Assembly: GCA_041577295.1 (NCBI GenBank)
Contig: JBFGJG010000015.1
Coordinates: 15,873-79,872 of the forward strand
Direction of reading: 5' to 3'
DNA length: 64,000 bases
Source of the DNA: Gemmatimonadales bacterium
GTDB taxonomy: Bacteria > Gemmatimonadota > Gemmatimonadetes > Gemmatimonadales > GWC2-71-9
The notes under the pieces were generated by a model that worked only from the letters and a program-made list of their open reading frames with translations, did not search any database and had not been told where the DNA came from. The position numbers and the translations under genes are program-made. Positions 58,548-64,000 of this stretch are shown here, one piece after another (position 1 is the stretch's first letter; every line of letters starts with the position of its first letter).

Positions 58548-59249
58548 TCATCCGGCGAACGCCGGTCGCTCGGCATCCAGAATCATCGACTCCACCTCAC
58601 CTCCCATGAGATCCCGCACGCCGTCTGCGAGCGCATGCTCGACCTCTTCCACGACGCCGCGCGGAAGCTCGGCCAAGACCTCTGACACCAGTAGTGCGTC
58701 GTTCGTGTCCACGGTGATCAAACCGATCTTCGACTGACGCCACACGAAGTGCCGTGTGAGCACCTTGGACCCGGCCATGTACGCCACCTCGCCAGGAGGG
58801 ACGGGCGCGGGCTCGTCATCGTCGAGCGCTTGGAACGCATCATCAGCGGTGGTGAGCCGTAGCTCGAAGTTTCCTCTGATGTGACCGAGATCGAACCCAC
58901 CGGCGGGGACGACGAACTCGAGCGAGATGGCGTTGTAGAGATCGACTAGCGGGTTGATTGCGAACGGCTCGCCGCCCTTCGCAGCCCGGCGCAGCATCGC
59001 CTCGATGGAGCTGGGGAACTTCTTTCCCGAGACACCGATCCGCTGCCAGGCTTCGCGCCACGGACGGACGCGAGGATGGGACTGCACGTTGGGGTATCGT
59101 CGCGCGTCTTTGCCTGCGGCCTGCCAGGCGCGGCGCCACCGTTCCGCGATGGCGGGGGAGGTCTGCCGATTGTCGAAGCCGCTTGCGTGCACTACTGCGA
59201 CGCGCATATCCGGAAACCGGTCGAACACTCCAGGCGCAATTGTGAGCAT
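58548..59249 (-). CDS. Stand-alone B3/B4 (PheRS-beta-like editing) domain protein
   Basis: SSIEAMLRR, INPLVDLYNAISL, GGFD, PGEVAY, WRQS. Confidence 0.88.
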   Translation of the reverse strand: MLTIAPGVFDRFPDMRVAVVHASGFDNRQTSPAIAERWRRAWQAAGKDARRYPNVQSHPRVRPWREAWQRIGVSGKKFPSSIEAMLRRAAKGGEPFAINPLVDLYNAISLEFVVPAGGFDLGHIRGNFELRLTTADDAFQALDDDEPAPVPPGEVAYMAGSKVLTRHFVWRQSKIGLITVDTNDALLVSEVLAELPRGVVEEVEHALADGVRDLMGGEVESMILDAERPAFAG

Positions 59250-60166
59250 CACCCTAGCGCATCCTTCCACGTGAAGCGCGGCGTCCAGCCAAGGCGTTCC
59301 TTGGCCTGGGCGTTGCTCGCTCCGCGGAGCCGCGTGGCGAGGAAATCGCCGTACGGACCTGCAACGACGCGCGCGATGATCCGCGGGACACGCCGCGGTG
59401 GATCAGTTTTGAGGCGGCGGGCATATGCCGGAAGCCACTCGTTCATGGGCACGGGCTCATCGTCCACCACATTGAAGATCCCGGGATCACCGCGCTCCAT
59501 CGCGAGTGCCGTGGCCATCGCCGCATCGTCCACGTGGACGAACGAGAACACTCCCGAGGCAGAGCCGACGAGCGGCACACGGCGCAGGCGTACATCCTCT
59601 GCGAACGTGCCGTCCGCCGCGTATGCCGTGCTGGGTCCACAGAAGAATCCGTAACGGAGCACGATACCCGTGCCCGGCGAACCCATCGTGATCTCCTCGC
59701 AGCGCGCTGCCGCACGGATCAGGGGCGCGAACGCGCGAGGTGCATCGAGGTACAGAGGCTCGCTTTCGACGGCGAGGCCTGATCTTGGAGCGTACGCGAA
59801 CGCCATGCTTTGCGACACGAACCTTGACACACCGAGTTGGCAACCTACAGTGACCAGCGCATCGGTTCCCTCGATCCGCAGCCGATTGGTTGGCGCCATG
59901 ACGCGCCGGATTCGTCTCGGATTGATGCGTGGCGGAATGCTGGTCAGCTGATTGACGATGATGTCCGGCTCGGCGCGATGCATGTGGTCGCGGAGCTGCG
60001 CGCGATCGAACACGTCGCACACCGTGGCCGTCACGCCGGAAGATGCGAGGGTTTTTGATCGCTCCGGATCTCGCGTGATGGCGAACACGTGATGTCCGCG
60101 TTCGACGAGAAGGGGAACCAGCCGCCTTCCGATCGCGCCGGTTGCACCCGCGAGGAAGACTCTCAT
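59249..60166 (-). CDS. NAD-dependent epimerase/dehydratase family protein
   Basis: MRVFLAGATGAIG, TNRLRIEGT, SFVHVDDAA. Confidence 0.9.
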   Translation of the reverse strand: MRVFLAGATGAIGRRLVPLLVERGHHVFAITRDPERSKTLASSGVTATVCDVFDRAQLRDHMHRAEPDIIVNQLTSIPPRINPRRIRRVMAPTNRLRIEGTDALVTVGCQLGVSRFVSQSMAFAYAPRSGLAVESEPLYLDAPRAFAPLIRAAARCEEITMGSPGTGIVLRYGFFCGPSTAYAADGTFAEDVRLRRVPLVGSASGVFSFVHVDDAAMATALAMERGDPGIFNVVDDEPVPMNEWLPAYARRLKTDPPRRVPRIIARVVAGPYGDFLATRLRGASNAQAKERLGWTPRFTWKDALG

Positions 60167-60309
60167 TTGGTGCTCACAATATGCCGCTCCGGCAAATAGA
60201 GAAGAGTTTCGCCAAGGAACCGCCGCGTTAAGTCGCCGGCGCCGCTCCCCTGAGCACAGACGCAATGACTGTGACCGAGGGCCGGCGTTCCCAGAGCTCT
60301 GGTATGAGC

Positions 60310-60561
60310 CATGAGGCCCAAGTCGCGACGACTTGGATCCAAGTCGAGGCAACTTTGGCCAAAGTCGAGGCAACTTGGCTTTCCAGAGGGTGCCCCGAGG
60401 CCTCAGGTGCGACGACTTGGACCCGATTCACCCCGACTAGGGTCTCGGGAGGGGTGTCTGGGGCCCAAGATGCGACGACTTGGGTCCAAGTTGAGCCGAC
60501 TTGGATCCAATTCGCGGCGACTCAGGCCCAAGTTGACACAACTTGGATCAAAGTCGTGGCA
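60310..60561. repeat. Degenerate tandem array of about 12 x 21-bp palindromic units
   Basis: Best-conserved unit ACTTGGATCCAAGTCGAGGCA; exact 21-bp phase with units starting at 60310, 60331, 60352 ... 60541. Confidence 0.9.
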
Positions 60562-60852
60562 TCTGAGATGAGGTGCTGTGCGCCTAACATAAGCTCTAGC
60601 AACGACTTGCTGGCCTCTGATACTCATGGAAGGCCGCGTCACTCGAAAACCGGCCCCAATCGCAGCGACCGGCGCAATCGAGCTGACCAACCCAATCCGG
60701 CTGCCTCACTTCGGTCACATGAGTGAGGGCGTGACCCGCACGTCCTCAACCGCGGCGCGCGGCGCTGTGCGCTAGCTCCATGGATTCACTTTGACGTCGA
60801 GCCGTCCCACAAAGCGGAGTCTTGGGCAGCTCACCACTGCAAAGGCCTTATC

Positions 60853-60993
60853 ATGAGGATTGGACTGACCTGGTGGGAGCGCCCTGGAACTGTGCATGAC
60901 ATCGCACGTAACGGCAGTGCGTCTGCGCGCGCACGACTGCTACTCGTGTACGTCGGCGAGGTCGGCAAGGCCGCCACAGTGCCTCTCCAATGA
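60853..60993 (+). pseudogene. Cupin C-terminal remnant
   Basis: MRIGLTWWERPGTVHDIARNGSASARARLLLVYVGEVGKAATVPLQ* resembles cupin motif 2; motif 1 is absent. Confidence 0.55.
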
Positions 60994-61011
60994 GCCCACG
61001 CTCGCCGTGCA

Positions 61012-61761
61012 TCAGTCTTCGACCCTGAACCGCCGCGGCTTACGTGTCCGCCATTCGAATCCGAAGCGACGCACCATGCAATCGGCGATGAGCGCGGTCG
61101 CCTGCTGGGGTGAGTCGGTGAAGACGATGCGGTCGAGGTCCTCGCGCTGGATCGTCCCGTGACGCACCAGCCGCTCCTCCATGAACTGCTTCAGCGGCGC
61201 CCAGAACTCGGTGCCCATCATGATCAGCGGGAAGTCGCGGATCTTGCCCGTTTGTATGAGCGTCGCCGTCTCAAACACCTCGTCCAGCGTCCCGAACCCT
61301 CCGGGCAGCACGACGAACGCGTACGAGTACTTCACGAGCATTAGCTTCCGGACGAAGAAGTAGCGAAACTCGACCCACGTATCGAGATATGGGTTGGGGT
61401 GCTGCTCACGCGGTAATTTGATGTTGCACCCGACCGATCGGCCCCCCGCTTCCTGTGCGCCCCGATTCGCCGCCTCCATGATGCCCGGGCCGCCGCCCGT
61501 CATGACGGTCAGACCGAGCCGCGCAACCTGACGGCCGACCTCCCGCGCCAGCTCGTAGTAGGGGGTTCCGCCATCCAGGCGGGCCGAACCGAACACAGTG
61601 ACCACCGGGCCCACGAAGTGGAGGCGTCGGAAGCCGTAGATACACTCGCGGAAAATCCGCAGCGCGCGAAACAGCTCGAACCGGCGCGTTCTCGGTCCCG
61701 CGAGAAACCGCTCTTCCTCGCCACTCCGTGTGCGCTTTCCCCACGGTGCGGAATCGGCCAT
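61012..61761 (-). CDS. LOG family Rossmann-fold protein (TIGR00730-like)
   Basis: TVFGSAR, TGGGPGIMEAANRGA, FFVRKLMLVKYS, PGGFGTLDE. Confidence 0.93.
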   Translation of the reverse strand: MADSAPWGKRTRSGEEERFLAGPRTRRFELFRALRIFRECIYGFRRLHFVGPVVTVFGSARLDGGTPYYELAREVGRQVARLGLTVMTGGGPGIMEAANRGAQEAGGRSVGCNIKLPREQHPNPYLDTWVEFRYFFVRKLMLVKYSYAFVVLPGGFGTLDEVFETATLIQTGKIRDFPLIMMGTEFWAPLKQFMEERLVRHGTIQREDLDRIVFTDSPQQATALIADCMVRRFGFEWRTRKPRRFRVED

Positions 61762-61912
61762 GGGGGTTGGGCTGAGTTCTAGCGACACGCGACACTCCCG
61801 TTGGGGTCGAGAAAGAGCATTGCACTGGCAAAGGGCTATTGGGCGATTCCGTCGTCAAACGAGCCTCGCCATATCACCCACTCGCTAACGCCACAAAGTT
61901 TCGCTTGCGCGG

Positions 61913-62941
61913 TCAATCGCAGGTCAGCCCGGTCCGTTGCAGTATGACACTCCAGGCGACGCCTACCGCGCTTTCGTCATCGTCAATGGCTGTGAACAGA
62001 CCCATCGAATAGTCGAGCGACGATTGTTGGGTCGATCCGATGCCATCGGTGTTGTTCACCCCCTCAATCTGCAGCGTTCCAAGGTGTGCTTTGGACCGGC
62101 GATCGAAGACCTCAAAATCGTTCAATGGATCTCTCTGATCGGAGACGACGATGAAACCTTTCCCATTGTCCATCGCGGCATTCGGTGGGCAAGTGTACAC
62201 GAGTATCCCTTCAGAATCGGAGTCGAAGACTCCGTCGCCCCCGAAAGTCGACAGGAAATTACCAGTGGGATCATACACGTCGACTCCGCTCCCGCCGTTT
62301 TCATCTGGGATGTACAAGACCTGGTTGAGGGCGTCCCCCTCCAATTCCTCAAGCCCGTGTTGCGGGATGAATTGGCCCAGCTCCGCTCCGGTCACGGCAT
62401 CGTGAACGTACACGACGTCGTCGTAGGAGACATACAGATTCCGTTGCCCGGTGGGGAGCTCGAGGAGGCCGACGTTCGGTTCCTCGTTGCCTAAAGTGCC
62501 TGCAGTCGTGATCTCCCGCTGAAAGCTGAGACTCGGTAAGGCGAACACGCATACCGACGGTTCGAATCGAATGGTAGCGTAGAGGATGTCCCGGTCTTGG
62601 TCGACCAGGATCCCGTTCGTGCCGTTGCTGATGCATGGGTGTGTGAGCGACGGCAGCGAGTCCGCAGAGGATCGAAAGGGGTACGCCCATACCTCGATGA
62701 GCTCGGCGTCTTTCGATGAGACGAACATGAGCCCATCCTGCGGAGTCGGTGCTTCCCAGAACGCGATGCCGTCCACGTTGCTTCCCGATCCGTTTAGATC
62801 GAACCCGATCTCCGAGGTGCCGATGAAAGCCATCTCGAAACGGTTCCGTACCAGGTCCACCACCTGGTCCCCCTTACCGCAGGAGATACACGCGAGGAGC
62901 GCGAGACCCATGAGTAGTGATGTCCGTCGTCGATCATGCAT
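61913..62941 (-). CDS. Beta-propeller phytase-like lipoprotein
   Basis: Lipobox-like CISC; VDGIAFW, DSEGILVY, IVVSDQ, NTDGI. Confidence 0.7.
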   Translation of the reverse strand: MHDRRRTSLLMGLALLACISCGKGDQVVDLVRNRFEMAFIGTSEIGFDLNGSGSNVDGIAFWEAPTPQDGLMFVSSKDAELIEVWAYPFRSSADSLPSLTHPCISNGTNGILVDQDRDILYATIRFEPSVCVFALPSLSFQREITTAGTLGNEEPNVGLLELPTGQRNLYVSYDDVVYVHDAVTGAELGQFIPQHGLEELEGDALNQVLYIPDENGGSGVDVYDPTGNFLSTFGGDGVFDSDSEGILVYTCPPNAAMDNGKGFIVVSDQRDPLNDFEVFDRRSKAHLGTLQIEGVNNTDGIGSTQQSSLDYSMGLFTAIDDDESAVGVAWSVILQRTGLTCD

Positions 62942-62998
62942 CGTGCCTTGCTCTCTCTGGGCGAGAACTCTGGCGAATGAGTCGAGCGCTCGCGGACG

Positions 62999-63250
62999 TT
63001 AACGCCCCCCGGCGTCACTGACCTTGCGCGTTCCCGGCAGGTCGAGTGCGTGATTTCGCTCCAAGAAGTCGAACGGCCAGAGCTCGAAGTTGGTCCAGCT
63101 CGTCGGGAGTATTCGGCCAGTCCTCCGCGCGCACCACGTGATGCATGCCGAGCGTGTACCACACCACGATGTCTGTATTTTCAATGGCGCGATTCCCGCT
63201 GGTCCACCCGGGTAGGCCGGTGCCTCCCTGGCACTGGTACGGGTTTTCAG
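62999..63250 (-). pseudogene. Copper amine oxidase C-terminal remnant with frameshift
   Basis: GLPGWTSGNRAIENTDIVVWYTLGMHHVVRAEDWP in one frame continues as ILPTSWTNFELWPFDFLERNHALDLP in another; one extra base near 63113. Confidence 0.85.
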
Positions 63251-63388
63251 CACACTGACCTTCTCTGAGAAGTTGCAATCCGATTCGGAGAGTGGCTAGG
63301 AGCCGACTGGCACGTTATTCGACGTTTTGGGAACCCCCCCAAAGGGCCAACAGTAAGAGGGATAACCACTAAACTCGGAGTGCCCGCC

Positions 63389-63892
63389 ATGCCGCGTATC
63401 TTGTGGGTTTCAGCTCTGCTCGTCGCCGTTCCCCTCGCATTCGCGATGCGGAGAGGTCCAGATGCCGCGCAAAACAGCGCGACCGACCCCGACACGGCTG
63501 CGGTCCGCGCCGCCGTCATGGAGTTCATCCGCGCCATCGATCACCTGGATCTCGATGCCCTCGGCGAGAGCTTCAGCGAAGAGGCGACCGCATTCTACCC
63601 GTTTGGGCTCACACCCCATCGCCTGAACGGCCGAGCGGAGATCGTGGCCGCGCAGGACCGGGGCTTTACCTGGGCACGGCAGCAGTTCGCGGCGGCGGGA
63701 CAGTCCGAGCCGTATCGCCTGCGCCTCAATCCGACGGACATGCAGATCCGCATGCTCGGCTCAGATGCAGCCGTGGTGACGTGGCACTCGCACCGACCCA
63801 CACACGCCGGTCGCCGCACCTCGGTGCTCGAGCGGGTGGACGGCCGGTGGCGCACCGTCAGTCATCACGCGTCCAACATGGCCCGGGATTGA
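63389..63892 (+). CDS. NTF2/SnoaL-like (DUF4440-type) secreted protein
   Basis: Signal peptide; AAVRAAVMEF, DLDAL, RRTSVLERVDGRWRTVSHHAS. Confidence 0.8.
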   Translation: MPRILWVSALLVAVPLAFAMRRGPDAAQNSATDPDTAAVRAAVMEFIRAIDHLDLDALGESFSEEATAFYPFGLTPHRLNGRAEIVAAQDRGFTWARQQFAAAGQSEPYRLRLNPTDMQIRMLGSDAAVVTWHSHRPTHAGRRTSVLERVDGRWRTVSHHASNMARD

Positions 63893-63974
63893 CCGGCGGT
63901 GGGCGGTCAAGACGGCAGCGCGGATCCGCCGTGCGAGCAACGGCCAATGAAACAGGGCTGACAGGCAAAGAGAC

Positions 63975-64000
63975 ATGAAGGCACAACAGCGCGAAGAACT
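63975..64000 (+). CDS. Possible start of a CDS running off the window
   Basis: ATG followed by an open frame (MKAQQREE) after a purine-rich stretch; too short to identify. Confidence 0.3.

Noticed and set aside
60167..60373. N-terminal extension of the epimerase in the ORF track
   Set aside because: Likely an artefact of a stop-free frame running into the repeat array; the Rossmann motif starts at ATG 60166.
60310..60561. CRISPR array
   Set aside because: Units are contiguous 21-mers without unique spacers, are too degenerate, and no cas genes are present.
60582..60635. Integron attC-like site (GTTAGGC on the minus strand within an imperfect hairpin)
   Set aside because: The partner box reads GCCTTCC rather than RYYYAAC, L boxes do not match, the site is short and there is no integrase.

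Overview
GC-rich bacterial chromosomal segment, probably Gemmatimonadota (inferred from the Ser/Thr kinase-beta-propeller, BTAD-TPR and RCC1-lipoprotein gene types). No rRNA, tRNA, CRISPR array, transposase or integrase was recognised. Bases 1-39500 are mostly core or metabolic genes: partial ligA, acyl-CoA dehydrogenase, an IDH/IPMDH-family enzyme, crotonase, SDR, cstA with a CC-terminal small protein and an ArsA-like ATPase, fpg, a LeuA-family enzyme, sixA, two diguanylate cyclases, TPM/LemA, the F0+delta half of the ATP synthase operon, a MoxR/C39 peptidase/RimK-like ATP-grasp/GCS2/amidohydrolase operon, mtgA and two transporters. Bases 39500-64000 are an accessory-looking mosaic with two gene remnants. 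The strongest candidates for undescribed biology are: (1) a flavin amino-acid-oxidase-like + ThDP enzyme + BBE-like oxidase trio (48752-53775) that looks like a small biosynthetic cluster; (2) the two-ligase/two-hydrolase operon (30123-35439); (3) a 53-aa Pro/Gln/Lys microprotein missing from the ORF track, with a perfect CRP-type box, a strong RBS and a terminator (39799-40053); (4) a phased array of about twelve 21-bp palindromic repeats (60310-60561); (5) a diguanylate cyclase whose membrane domain resembles YhhQ/Vut_1 transporters. All family calls come from reading motifs by eye, with no database search. Several start codons were re-picked from RBS and stop/start overlaps and are approximate.
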